DNA of 64,000 nt from Bryobacterales bacterium (GCA_963709155.1 CAVPVD010000005.1:152239-216238); one strand, 5' to 3'; positions 54,801 to 63,731 are shown, numbered from the stretch's first letter. Numbers and translations are program-made. Notes: generated by a model from the sequence alone, not told the origin.

Positions 54801-55014
54801 GGGGCCGGGCATGGCCACCGTCGATCTTTCGCTGGTGAAGAATACCGTGATTCGCGAGCGCGCCACGGTGCAATTCCGCGTGGAAGGCTTCAACGTATTG
54901 AACCATACGAATTTGAGCCTGCCCGACAACTTCATCGGCTCGCCCACCTTCGGCCAGATTCTATCGGCGGGCAATCCGCGCCGCCTGCAACTGGGTCTGA
55001 AGCTTTTGTTCTAG
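51886..55014 (+). CDS. TonB-dependent-receptor-like outer membrane protein with a CarboxypepD_reg N-domain (1042 aa).
   Basis: A GTG start follows GAGGA. The signal peptide is MKASLISILLAAASLYAQ, then GSIGGQITDAAKKSISGAAVTL, and the C-terminus is ...RRLQLGLKLLF. Confidence 0.85.
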   Translation: MKASLISILLAAASLYAQSTRGSIGGQITDAAKKSISGAAVTLVERDTNKKRTAISGPQGDFLITLLDPGTYRLQVDAPGYRSHVQDLVLDLDQEIRVEVPLLPGKTTEQVTVTAKRSLLRPESAAVGGVIDTSQVQGLPLDGRDFYQLSLLLPGVVPAAEGSASSVRGSFAININGAREDSNDFLLDGVYNGDPKLNGIAVTPPVDAVREFEVLSSTYDASFGRNGGGQVSVVLRSGGNQFHGTAYEFFRNALLDARNYFAPSGVPAPQDQRNQFGGTLGGPIAKNRTFFFVDYQGTRDNTGITQVTNVPTAAERTGDFSQSSLPAIDPFTGAPFPNNVIPSAYLDPTGLAIAALYPLPNRNVANQNYVSSPDGRTRADQFDLRVDHTLAPSSQLTFRYSFADNSLFEPFTGPSFPLVPGYGDNVPSRDQNAMIAETHAFTPALLNEFRAGFDRVSEGVYQQDIAQNVNAQVGLPTVSTNARDFGLTSISVTGFSPLGDESNNPQHSTTNVYQFLDNLTWVHGTHTAKFGAEYRITQQNAYRDIESRGFIDFLGDITGNALEELLLGLPTDSGVATLDNPEHLRTHSYDFFANDNWRIRPNLTLILGLRYEFNSPGVDAQNHANLYDPATQSLVPVGTDGIPRGGYLPDRNNFAPRVGLAWTPFGSPHTLVRAGYGIYYDQSALAPGEGLYFSPPYFNFNVYYPLSATQPLLLSNPFPSNFPYPNPPSALAFQLDLRTPYVQQWNFNIERSLGGSRMLEIGYVGSKGTDLIGARDANQPPPSANPYFERPLPQFADIDLLESNRNSIYHSLQARFEQRLSFGLSLLASYTFAKSIDNGSSFFSSAGDPNFPQDSYDLHAERGLSDFDVRHRFVASYMYDLPFGKSSRWLRGWQTYGILQFQTGQPFTVSLLPDDDNSNTGIDSLGFGANDRPNVVGNPKISNPSANEWFNTAAFAIPPYGTFGNSGRNTVEGPGMATVDLSLVKNTVIRERATVQFRVEGFNVLNHTNLSLPDNFIGSPTFGQILSAGNPRRLQLGLKLLF

Positions 55015-55015
55015 T

Positions 55016-55063
55016 GACCCGTGGCGCACGCTTCAGCGTGCCGGCGGGACTTTTAAGTCCCGC
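55016..55063. repeat. REP-like family 1 copy.
   Basis: It is identical to 47695-47742 and starts 2 nt after the receptor gene stop. Confidence 0.85.
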
Positions 55064-55108
55064 ATCCAATGAGCTTTTTCCCCGAGCGGTATAATAAGGA
55101 CAACTGGG

Positions 55109-56425
55109 ATGCCGACCGAAACCGAAACCGAACAAACTACAGGCGGTAGCTACTTCGTCTCCAACTATCCTCCCTACTCCTTCTGGGGAGCGGACCACGT
55201 TGCCGACGTTTTCGCCGCTCTCGACCGTCCCCCGGCGCCGGACACGCCCCTGGGCATTTACTTGCACATCCCGTTCTGCCGCAAGCGTTGTCACTTTTGC
55301 TACTTCAAGGTCTATACCGACAAGAATGCCGCGGAAGTAGAAGGCTATCTGGACACCGCCATCCAGGAACTGACCATCTACTCCCAGAAGGCCGTCATCG
55401 GCGGCCGCAAACCGAAATTCATCTATTTCGGCGGCGGCACGCCGTCCTACATTTCCTCCCGCCAGCTTTCCAGCCTGGTCGAACGCATGAAGCGCCTGCT
55501 GCCCTGGGACGAAGCCGAGGAAGTGGCCTTCGAATGCGAACCCGGCACCCTTACCGAAGGCAAGCTCCAGATCATCAGGGATCTGGGAGTCACCCGCCTC
55601 AGCCTGGGCATCGAGAATTTCGACGACGACATTCTGAAGATCAATGGCCGCGCCCATACTTCCAAGGAGATCGGGCCGGCGTACAGTTTCGCGCGCTCCA
55701 TCGGTTTCCCGCAAATCAATATCGATCTGATAGCCGGTATGGTTGGCGAGACTACCGAAAACTGGCGCGAATGCGTGCGCAAGACGATCGAGCTCGATCC
55801 GGATAGCGTCACCATCTACCAGATGGAAGTTCCCTATAACACCACCATCTTCAAAGAGATGAAGGTCATGGGTCAGTCCGTCGCGCCGGTGGCTACCTGG
55901 AAGACCAAGCGCGATTGGGTCCGCTACGCTTTCGCCGAGCTGGAAAATTCAGGCTATACCGTCCGCAGCGCCTATACCGCCGTGAAGAATCCGGCGCGCA
56001 CCCGCTTCGTCTACACCGACCTTCTATGGTCCGGCGCAGATATGCTCGGTCTGGGGGTGGCTTCCTTCTCGCACCTGCAAGGCACCCACTTTCAGAACGA
56101 GCACGAGTTTGAAACGTACTCCGAGAAGCTGCGCCAGGGCGTTCTTCCCATCTACCGCGCATTGACTCTTACCCAGGAACAACGCCTGATCCGCGAGTTG
56201 ATCCTGCAAATGAAACTGGGCCGTGTCAATAACCAGTACTTTAAAGACAAGTTCGACGTGCGGATTCAAGAGCGCTTTCGCGAGCCGGTCAGTATCTTGC
56301 GCGATCGCGGTTTCCTGACCACCGACGCCGATAGCATACGCCTCACGCGCGATGGTCTGTTGCAGGTGGACCGGCTGCTTTCCGAATTCTTCCTCCCGCA
56401 ACACAAGCTCGCTTATGCCGTATGA
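55109..56425 (+). CDS. HemN-like radical SAM protein (coproporphyrinogen III oxidase family; class C radical SAM).
   Basis: YLHIPFCRKRCHFCYF is the CxxxCxxC cluster motif, with FGGGTPS and a HemN_C-like tail; 438 aa. Confidence 0.85.
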   Translation: MPTETETEQTTGGSYFVSNYPPYSFWGADHVADVFAALDRPPAPDTPLGIYLHIPFCRKRCHFCYFKVYTDKNAAEVEGYLDTAIQELTIYSQKAVIGGRKPKFIYFGGGTPSYISSRQLSSLVERMKRLLPWDEAEEVAFECEPGTLTEGKLQIIRDLGVTRLSLGIENFDDDILKINGRAHTSKEIGPAYSFARSIGFPQINIDLIAGMVGETTENWRECVRKTIELDPDSVTIYQMEVPYNTTIFKEMKVMGQSVAPVATWKTKRDWVRYAFAELENSGYTVRSAYTAVKNPARTRFVYTDLLWSGADMLGLGVASFSHLQGTHFQNEHEFETYSEKLRQGVLPIYRALTLTQEQRLIRELILQMKLGRVNNQYFKDKFDVRIQERFREPVSILRDRGFLTTDADSIRLTRDGLLQVDRLLSEFFLPQHKLAYAV

Positions 56426-57584
56426 TGCCATTGTAATTGGAGGCGGCCCGGCGGGTTCCACGGCCGCCGCCCTGCTGGCCGCCAAGGGCCGCCGCGTAGT
56501 CGTCCTGGAGAAGGATAAATTCCCGCGCTATCATATCGGCGAATCGCTTCTGCCGTATGGCTACTTCACGCTGCAGCGCATCGGCGTGCTGGATCGCATG
56601 AAGACGTCGCACTTCACGCGCAAGCATAGCGTCCAGTTTGTCGGCGCCAGCGGCCGCGCCTCCGTGCCATTTTACTTTTCGCAGCAACTCACCCACGAAG
56701 CCTCCGCCACCTGGCAGGTCCTGCGCAGCGAGTTCGACCAACTCCTGCTCGATAACGCCCGCGAAAAGGGCGCTGAGGTGATCGAAGAGATCGCCGCGCG
56801 CGAGCTGATTCAGCCGGATGGCGCGGTAGTGGGAGTCAAGGCGGTGACTCAGGATGGAGCCGCGCGCGAGTTCTTCGCCCCCATCACCATAGATGCCACC
56901 GGACGCGATGCCTTCGCCGTAACTCGCAATGGCTGGAAAGTACGCGATCCGATGCTGAATAAGATCGCTGTCTGGACTTACTATAAAGGCGCGTTGCGCG
57001 ACCCCGGCATCGACGAAGGCGCCACCACCGTCGCCTATGTGCCGGAGAAGGGCTGGTTCTGGTATATCCCGCTGGCCAACGATATAGTCAGTGTGGGAGT
57101 CGTGGCGGAAAAAGACTATCTCTACAAAGATACTCACGATCTGGCCCAGATCTTTCATCGGGAAGTCAAGAAGAACGCCTGGATCGAGAAACACCTGGCC
57201 GCGGGCCAAGAGTTTGGACCCTATCGCGTAACCGGAGAGTATTCGTATCGTTCGCGCTACTGCGCCGCGGACGCCGTGGATGCCGCGCTTGCCGCCGGAG
57301 ATGTGGGCGCTTCCCGCTTCGCCGCGTACGGCGCGCAGGTTTGCGAAGGCATCGAAGCCATGCGCAAACTGGTCTACGCTTTTTACAATCATGTATTCAG
57401 CTTTCGGCAGTTCATCACTGAATACCCGGCGCTGAAAGGTGACATGACCGACTGCCTGATGGGCAATCTGTTCCGCGATTTCCGGCCGCTCTTCGATGCC
57501 GTAGCCCGATTCGCCGCCGTTCCCGAAGCGCTACCGCACGGTAAGCCGTTGGCCGTCGGAGAAGTTCTAGAGTCATGCCCCTAG
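56415..57584 (+). CDS. FAD-dependent oxidoreductase of the flavin-dependent halogenase/geranylgeranyl-reductase-like group.
   Basis: YDAIVIGGGPAGSTAAALLA (GxGxxG), ITIDATGRDAF, and GWFWYIPL (WxWxIP). The start ATG at 56415 overlaps the upstream gene by 11 nt. Confidence 0.8.
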   Translation: MPYDAIVIGGGPAGSTAAALLAAKGRRVVVLEKDKFPRYHIGESLLPYGYFTLQRIGVLDRMKTSHFTRKHSVQFVGASGRASVPFYFSQQLTHEASATWQVLRSEFDQLLLDNAREKGAEVIEEIAARELIQPDGAVVGVKAVTQDGAAREFFAPITIDATGRDAFAVTRNGWKVRDPMLNKIAVWTYYKGALRDPGIDEGATTVAYVPEKGWFWYIPLANDIVSVGVVAEKDYLYKDTHDLAQIFHREVKKNAWIEKHLAAGQEFGPYRVTGEYSYRSRYCAADAVDAALAAGDVGASRFAAYGAQVCEGIEAMRKLVYAFYNHVFSFRQFITEYPALKGDMTDCLMGNLFRDFRPLFDAVARFAAVPEALPHGKPLAVGEVLESCP

Positions 57585-58804
57585 CCACTCTGCGCGAGCT
57601 CCTCTCCGCGATCCGCACGGACAACCCTTTCTACGCCGCAAAGCTTCGCGATTTCGGACCGGACCCGGATCTCGCCGCCCTGCCCTTCACCCTGAAGCAG
57701 GAGTTGATCGAAGATCAGATCGCCCATCCGCCTTATGGCACCAATCTGACTTACCCGCTCGATCGCTACACCCGCTTCTGCCAGACCAGCGCGACCACGA
57801 CCGGCACTCCCATGCGCTGGCTGGATACGCCCGAAAGTTGGGACTGGATGATCGCAAACTGGGTCCGCGTGTACCAGGCTGCTCTCATCGGCGTGCGGGA
57901 CCGTATCTTCTTTGCGTTCTCTTTCGGGCCGTTCCTCGGTTTCTGGGTGGGGTTTGAAGCTGCCGCACGCATGGGCTGCATGGCCATACCCGGCGGCGGC
58001 ATGCGCAGCGCCGCGCGGTTGCGCACCATCCTCGAAACATCCGCCACGGTGCTGTGCTGCACCCCTACCTATGCCATACGGCTCGCCGAGGTCGCCGCCG
58101 AAGAGAGGATCGACTTGGCCGGGGCCAGCGTGCGCATCGTCGTCGTCGCCGGAGAACCAGGCGGCAGCGTGCCGGCCACGCGCAACCACATCTCGAAGCT
58201 GTGGGGCGGCGCGCGCGTCGTGGATCATCACGGCATGACGGAGATCGGCCCAGTCAGCTATAGCTGCCCGAAACGGCCCGGCGTACTGCATGTCATTGAG
58301 GACTCATACATTGCGGAAGTGATCGACCCGCTGACTGGCCAGCCAGTCCCACGCGGAGTAGCCGGTGAGTTAGTGCTGACTAACCTCGGTCGCCTCGGAT
58401 CGCCGCTCGTGCGCTATCGCACCAGTGACATCGTGCAAGCAGCCGCGGCTGGCTCATGCGAATGCGGCACGCGGGATCTCGCTTTGGATGGCGGAATCCT
58501 CGGCCGCACCGACGACATGTTAGTCGTCCGTGGCGTCAATGTGTATCCCAGCGCCGTCGAGAACATCGTGCGCGGCTTCGAGGCCGTTAGCGAGTACCGA
58601 GTCGAGATTCAAAACCATCGCACGCTCCCCGAACTGAGTATTCGGATCGAACCTTCACCGGAGCATGCTCAGGATTCTGCGCTGGTGCATCGGTTGGAGG
58701 CCGCTCTGACCAATGCATTCTCCTTGCGGATTCCGGTATCGCTGGCGCTGCCGGGAAGTCTGCCGCGCTTCGAAATGAAGGCCCGCCGCTGGGTGCAACT
58801 GTAA
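57575..58804 (+). CDS. Phenylacetate-CoA ligase family adenylating enzyme (PaaK/coenzyme F390 synthetase-like).
   Basis: LPFTLKQEL, FCQTSATTTGTPMRW (the TSGTTG-type P-loop), GMTEIGP, RYRTSD, and GRTDDMLVVRGVNVYPSAVE. It overlaps the upstream gene by 10 nt. Confidence 0.85.
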   Translation: MPLATLRELLSAIRTDNPFYAAKLRDFGPDPDLAALPFTLKQELIEDQIAHPPYGTNLTYPLDRYTRFCQTSATTTGTPMRWLDTPESWDWMIANWVRVYQAALIGVRDRIFFAFSFGPFLGFWVGFEAAARMGCMAIPGGGMRSAARLRTILETSATVLCCTPTYAIRLAEVAAEERIDLAGASVRIVVVAGEPGGSVPATRNHISKLWGGARVVDHHGMTEIGPVSYSCPKRPGVLHVIEDSYIAEVIDPLTGQPVPRGVAGELVLTNLGRLGSPLVRYRTSDIVQAAAAGSCECGTRDLALDGGILGRTDDMLVVRGVNVYPSAVENIVRGFEAVSEYRVEIQNHRTLPELSIRIEPSPEHAQDSALVHRLEAALTNAFSLRIPVSLALPGSLPRFEMKARRWVQL

Positions 58805-58827
58805 TCTTAGAAAGTTATTCAGCTACG

Positions 58828-60285
58828 TTAGAAACGGAAATGCAGGACCATTTCGCTCGCCACGGGCTTGTCGTGTTTGCGGGCGGGTGTGAACTGCCAT
58901 TGTCGCGCCGCGCTCAACGCCGCGACGGCCAGGCCGCCGCCCTTCGTCAGCACCTGCGCATGGGTGACGCTGCCCGATTCGTCGATAGACACTCTCACGT
59001 CCACCGCACGCGCGCCGGCTTCGGCATCCGGGGGCTTAACCGGCGCAACCTTCCGGATAGGAGCGGGCGGCGTGAAGGCGCCGGTATCCCCATTCGATCC
59101 TTCTATCTTTCGCAGCGCGCGCCGGAATACGCCGGCATGCGGCGCATCGTAACTGACCTCGGCCTCGAGCGGCGGCGCGGCATGCACCGGGGGCAGCCAA
59201 GCCACCTGCTTCGGCTCGATTTTCTCGATCGGAGCCAGCGGCGGCGGAGGCTCGACTTGATGCATGGGCGCACGGGCCACAATCACTGGCGGCGGAGGCG
59301 CCACTTTCGGTAGGGGCTTCTTCGCGGCCCTGGTTTTGGGAGGCGCGATATGTTTCGGCGCCGCGGCAGTCGATTCAGCCACGGGCTCCGTCGCCGGCCG
59401 GGTTGCCTCCGGCACGGCGGCCACCGGCTCAGGCGTGCTCACCTCTTGCTTCGCCGCCTGCTGCGGAACGGGTTCTGGAAGCAATGACTCCACCGGTGGC
59501 GTGGCTTTCGCCACGGCCGCCGGGTGAACCGGCGCCTGATTTTCCGAAACGAAGAGACCCGCTATGAGAAACAGAACCGCGATCACGGGCACCACCACCC
59601 ACGGGAGCGACGGTAGCCTGCGTCCCCGCCCCACGGGTTTCGGAGCCGACGCCGGCGCCGCCACCGGTTGAACCAACATCGGCGTGGGACGCACCGGCGC
59701 GGCGGCGGCCTGCTGCCCATCCGTAATCGGAAATTCGTCCGTCGAAAGCCGCGCGCAGTCAAACGGAAACTGCCGATAAGGCGACCGCCGGTTCACGTCC
59801 CCATCTTCCCAGAAGAAGAAGCCGCCCGTCGCCGGACCATCGGTCGCGGGACGCACCAGTAGAAACACCTGCCAGGCTTCCGGGAAGTATTGGCTGAATA
59901 CGGTGAAATCGTCCTGATCCAGATACATCCCCGGACGCGTATGGCTGCGAAAATAACCCACTACCTGCCGCGGCGCCCGGCGTTCGAGCCGCGCCGCCAG
60001 AGCCCGCCTGTCCTTCGGAGAAAGTGTGTGGGAAGCGCCACGCAGGTGTTCGCAAGGCGTCAGTTCGAAATCTTCGATCAGAACCGCCCGCCCGAAACCA
60101 GGCAATGTCCGGCCCAGCAGAATTCCGCCGATCTCGGTGCCGCGCTGCCCCTCGCCCAAGCCTCGCTGCACCGCCGCACCCAGCCGCTCCACCAGATCCA
60201 GGTTCACCTGGACCATGATCGAATCGCCCGGATCCTCCCAGACATAACCCGCCGAGCTGCCTGCAACGTTCGCTACTGCCGCCAT
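58828..60285 (-). CDS. TonB-family protein with an N-terminal cytoplasmic MPN/JAB-like domain (degenerate metal site), one TM helix and a Pro-rich spacer.
   Basis: N-terminus: TEIGGILLGR ... VVGYFRSHTRPGMYLDQDD. TM helix: LPWVVVPVIAVLFLIAGLFV. A Pro/Ala/Lys-rich linker follows. The C-terminus VDVRVSIDESGSVTHAQVLTKGG...AALSAARQWQFTPARKHDKPVASEMVLHFRF is a TonB_C pattern. Confidence 0.75.
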   Translation of the reverse strand: MAAVANVAGSSAGYVWEDPGDSIMVQVNLDLVERLGAAVQRGLGEGQRGTEIGGILLGRTLPGFGRAVLIEDFELTPCEHLRGASHTLSPKDRRALAARLERRAPRQVVGYFRSHTRPGMYLDQDDFTVFSQYFPEAWQVFLLVRPATDGPATGGFFFWEDGDVNRRSPYRQFPFDCARLSTDEFPITDGQQAAAAPVRPTPMLVQPVAAPASAPKPVGRGRRLPSLPWVVVPVIAVLFLIAGLFVSENQAPVHPAAVAKATPPVESLLPEPVPQQAAKQEVSTPEPVAAVPEATRPATEPVAESTAAAPKHIAPPKTRAAKKPLPKVAPPPPVIVARAPMHQVEPPPPLAPIEKIEPKQVAWLPPVHAAPPLEAEVSYDAPHAGVFRRALRKIEGSNGDTGAFTPPAPIRKVAPVKPPDAEAGARAVDVRVSIDESGSVTHAQVLTKGGGLAVAALSAARQWQFTPARKHDKPVASEMVLHFRF

Positions 60286-60329
60286 ACAGGCGTAACTTAG
60301 AGCACGTCTATTGCCACAACAGGGCAGGG

Positions 60330-62411
60330 CTACTCTCCGGGATGGTAGGTCCGCTCGGCGTGCGCCCGAATGTCGCCTAAAGCGAACCAGGCAGGCTTGA
60401 ACTGCTGCGTGGCATAGAGCTTCGCCTGATCGAAGTAGTGCGGCGACTTCGGATCGGCGCTTTCGCCAAAAACCAGGATCGACTTGGCCTCCACCTTCGG
60501 CCCAAAGTCCACGATGCTGACGAACGAGTGGCCGGCGACACCGAAGTGCTCCTTCTGCCCCTTCTCCGGGCGGGCGTAGAAATTGAAAACGATCCCCACC
60601 GGCCCCGGGCCGCCGGCCACGGGCAAGCTGTCTCGCGCGTCGCTAAAGGGTTCTTCGCCGCCCGATTGGGCGCGCTGCAGGCGGTTGATCTCGCCCCACG
60701 GCACCTCCCAGGTGCCAAAGTCCTTCTCCAAATCCGCCACAATCCCTTCGAGCGTGCCCATCGGGTCCCGCCTGGCCTTGGCGTCCCGGTCCTGCTTCCA
60801 GTACCACAGGCAGAAAAGTGTCATGGGCACCGACGAGTTCCGGCCGATATGGTCCCACTCCCGGAGTTCCGCCACGGCGCGCCCGAGCTTGGCGGCTCGC
60901 GGCGCATCGGTCTGCCGCAGCGCCTCCCATTGCTCCGCCAGCCGGGGAATCTGTGTTTCCGCTTCGATCACATAGGTGTCGAACGCCGCTCGCCCCCAGT
61001 CGTCGAAGGTAAATTTTTCCTTGTTCCACAGGATCCGCCGGGAAATTCGGGCGCGGGCCGTGTCGCTTTCACCCACCATGTACTTGGGATACTCCGCGGG
61101 GTCGGGATTACCCTCCATCGTGGTGGTGAACGGCGTGGAGTTGCAATTCTGAACAAAACCGGACTTCGGATTCAGCACCTGCGGCAACTCGTCGATGGTA
61201 TGGAAGCCGTGCCATTCCGTCTCCGGCGTGCTGCCATCCACCGGCTTCGACCAGTCGAAAGCCGGCGACCGGCGCGGCACGGCGCCGTTATACAGGTAGA
61301 AGATGTTGCCCGCATCGTCGGCATACATGGCGTTGAACATCGGCACGGCCAGCCGGGACATGGCCGCGCGGAATTCGCTGAGATTGCGGGCTTTGGACAT
61401 CTGGTACCACTCCGCGATCTGGCCGCCTTCTTCAAACCGCGCGAACCGAACTGCCAGCCATTTGCCATTCTGTTGCGCCACGATGGGCCCGTGATGCGTT
61501 TTCATCATTTTGTAACTACGAGTGACCGGACCGCCCTCGGTCTTCACCGTGATCGAATCGGTCCACGTCGCGGCTTCGCGATAGCCGCCATCGTAGCGAT
61601 AGGCCAGTGGATCGCCGGGCTTATCGAAAGTCTCCTCCCAGACGTCGAAAACATCCGGCTTGTTCACGGTGTGGCTCCAGCCCAGGTGTTCGTTGTGGCC
61701 GAGAGTGGGGAACGCCGAACCGAAGAAAGATGCGCCGGACATGTCCCATCCCGAATCGCTGTGCACGTGGCCCTCGTACCATTGGCCGGGCCCGAAGAAT
61801 GGCTGGTGTGGGTTGATGAACAGCATGGCGTGGCCGGTGGCGCTCTTCGATGGCCGGATAGCCCACATGTTGGAGCCTTGCGAATCCGCCATTTTCCCGG
61901 TGTCTTCCTTCGGAATGCCGGTTTCGCCGTAGAGAAACAAGTAGTAAAGCGCGTAGCGGTTGAAGGCCAGCATGTGCCACGGCTCGAAGTGCGCGATCAG
62001 CCGCGGGTGAGTTTGCGGGTGGCGCTCGAGGTAGTAGTTGATGCCCTCGGCGAATGCGTCCAGGAGGGCCCGCAGGGGCGGCGCCGCGTGCTCATACTCC
62101 ACTTTCGCCAGCCGCGGAATTTCCAGCGTGCGGATCACCAGGTCGTCATCCAGTGTCTTTTTTCCGTAGACCTCCGAAGCCCGCCCCAGCGCCCGTAGGT
62201 AGCTGTCTTCGATCTGCCAGAAATTGTCTTCGGCCTGCGCGTAAGCGTAGCCGAAGACGCAACTGGCGTCGGTCGGTCCATAGATGTGCGGCACGCCGAA
62301 GGTGTCGCGATAAATGGTCACGGATCGGGCCAGTTCCGCGGGGTGGTTGACCGTGGCGGCCGAAAGGGCGCAAGCCACGGCGAGGGGTAGCAGCAAGCCA
62401 GGATGTTTCAT
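60330..62411 (-). CDS. Penicillin-acylase-family Ntn hydrolase (possible acyl-homoserine-lactone acylase).
   Basis: It has a signal peptide. DSQGSNMWAI fits the autoprocessing site with a Ser nucleophile, followed by FINPHQPFFG and LGHNEHLGWSHTVN. Confidence 0.85.
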   Translation of the reverse strand: MKHPGLLLPLAVACALSAATVNHPAELARSVTIYRDTFGVPHIYGPTDASCVFGYAYAQAEDNFWQIEDSYLRALGRASEVYGKKTLDDDLVIRTLEIPRLAKVEYEHAAPPLRALLDAFAEGINYYLERHPQTHPRLIAHFEPWHMLAFNRYALYYLFLYGETGIPKEDTGKMADSQGSNMWAIRPSKSATGHAMLFINPHQPFFGPGQWYEGHVHSDSGWDMSGASFFGSAFPTLGHNEHLGWSHTVNKPDVFDVWEETFDKPGDPLAYRYDGGYREAATWTDSITVKTEGGPVTRSYKMMKTHHGPIVAQQNGKWLAVRFARFEEGGQIAEWYQMSKARNLSEFRAAMSRLAVPMFNAMYADDAGNIFYLYNGAVPRRSPAFDWSKPVDGSTPETEWHGFHTIDELPQVLNPKSGFVQNCNSTPFTTTMEGNPDPAEYPKYMVGESDTARARISRRILWNKEKFTFDDWGRAAFDTYVIEAETQIPRLAEQWEALRQTDAPRAAKLGRAVAELREWDHIGRNSSVPMTLFCLWYWKQDRDAKARRDPMGTLEGIVADLEKDFGTWEVPWGEINRLQRAQSGGEEPFSDARDSLPVAGGPGPVGIVFNFYARPEKGQKEHFGVAGHSFVSIVDFGPKVEAKSILVFGESADPKSPHYFDQAKLYATQQFKPAWFALGDIRAHAERTYHPGE

Positions 62412-62495
62412 GGGTCGTCGGGTCCAGTTGCGGCTAATCAGTCTATCAGAGAGGGCCGGCGCGCGGGGATGTTATCCTGAAGTTTCCTCTTCCGC

Positions 62496-63731
62496 ATGGC
62501 TACTATCTATCCCTTTCAACCCTACCGCTACAGCGATAAGGCGGGCGCGCTTCAGGATCTGGCGACCCAGCCTTATGACAAAATCTCGCCCGAGATGCGT
62601 CAACGCTACCTGCAAGCCAGTCCGTACAATCTGGTGCGTATCATTCTCGGCGAGCGCCATGAGTCCGATTCCGGCGGCGACAACGTCTATACACGCGCGG
62701 CACAGTACCTCGCGGACTGGATCGCGCAAGGCATCCTGGCGCGTGACGCGGAGCCCGCGCTGTACGCCTATTTCCAGGAGTTCACCATGCCCGACAGCGG
62801 TGCGCGCCTGGTGCGCAAAGGCTTCATCGGTCTGGGCGCGGTGGAAGAATATTCCGCGGGCGTGGTACACCGGCACGAGCAGACGCTCTCCGGACCGAAG
62901 AAAGATCGCCTGGAATTGTTGCGCCACACGCACGCTCACTTCGGACAGCTTTTCATGCTCTATCCGGATCCCGCGGGCGAAATCGACCGCCTCTTGGACG
63001 AAGCCGCGCAATCGCCCACGGCGGGCGAAGTCACCGACGAGGATGGAGCGCGGCATTCTTTCTGGAAGATCGCGGACGCCGGCCGGGTTGCGCGCATCCG
63101 CGAGCTGATGGGCGATAAGAAACTGCTCATCGCCGACGGCCATCATCGTTACGAAACGGCGCTGGCATTCCGTCATGAGAATCCCGATCTTCCGGGCTCG
63201 GATCGCGTGATGATGACGTTCGTGAACATGTATTCCCCCGGGCTGAAGATCCTGGCCACGCACCGCCTGGTCAGCGGCGTGGAGGGGTTCGATGCGGGCG
63301 AGTTCATCCGGCAGGCTGCGGCGGGCTTCGAAGTGGCGCAAGTCCCCAGCGCGGAGGCGCTGCAGCGCGCTTGGACCGAATCGCCTGGGCGGGCCATCAT
63401 CGGCGCGGCCATTGGCAGCCGCCTGTATCTGATCGAAGCGCGCGAATCGGCCGGGCAGCTTGACGTACGCGTGCTGCACGAAAGACTGCTGCGTCTGCTG
63501 GGTATCGGCGAAGAAGCGGTGCGCGAGGAGAAGAACTTGCGCTACGTCCGCGGTCTGGATGCGGCCCTTGAAGCCGCGCGCGGCGGCGCAGCCCAAGTGG
63601 CGTTCCTCCTCAAACCGGTGTCGGTGGATGAAGTCGCGCGCATCTCATTCGGTGGCGGCGTGATGCCCCAGAAATCGACCGACTTTTATCCGAAGCTGCT
63701 CTCCGGCCTGACCACCTATAAGCTGGACTGA
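62496..63731 (+). CDS. DUF1015 domain-containing protein.
   Basis: MATIYPFQPYRYS...TQPYDKISPEM...SPYNLVRIILGE and LIADGHHRYETAL follow the DUF1015 pattern. Confidence 0.8.
   Translation: MATIYPFQPYRYSDKAGALQDLATQPYDKISPEMRQRYLQASPYNLVRIILGERHESDSGGDNVYTRAAQYLADWIAQGILARDAEPALYAYFQEFTMPDSGARLVRKGFIGLGAVEEYSAGVVHRHEQTLSGPKKDRLELLRHTHAHFGQLFMLYPDPAGEIDRLLDEAAQSPTAGEVTDEDGARHSFWKIADAGRVARIRELMGDKKLLIADGHHRYETALAFRHENPDLPGSDRVMMTFVNMYSPGLKILATHRLVSGVEGFDAGEFIRQAAAGFEVAQVPSAEALQRAWTESPGRAIIGAAIGSRLYLIEARESAGQLDVRVLHERLLRLLGIGEEAVREEKNLRYVRGLDAALEAARGGAAQVAFLLKPVSVDEVARISFGGGVMPQKSTDFYPKLLSGLTTYKLD

Noticed and set aside
60438-63596. Long ORFs 60438-62198 (+) and 62472-63596 (-) opposite the acylase and DUF1015 genes.
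   Set aside because: They are antisense shadows.
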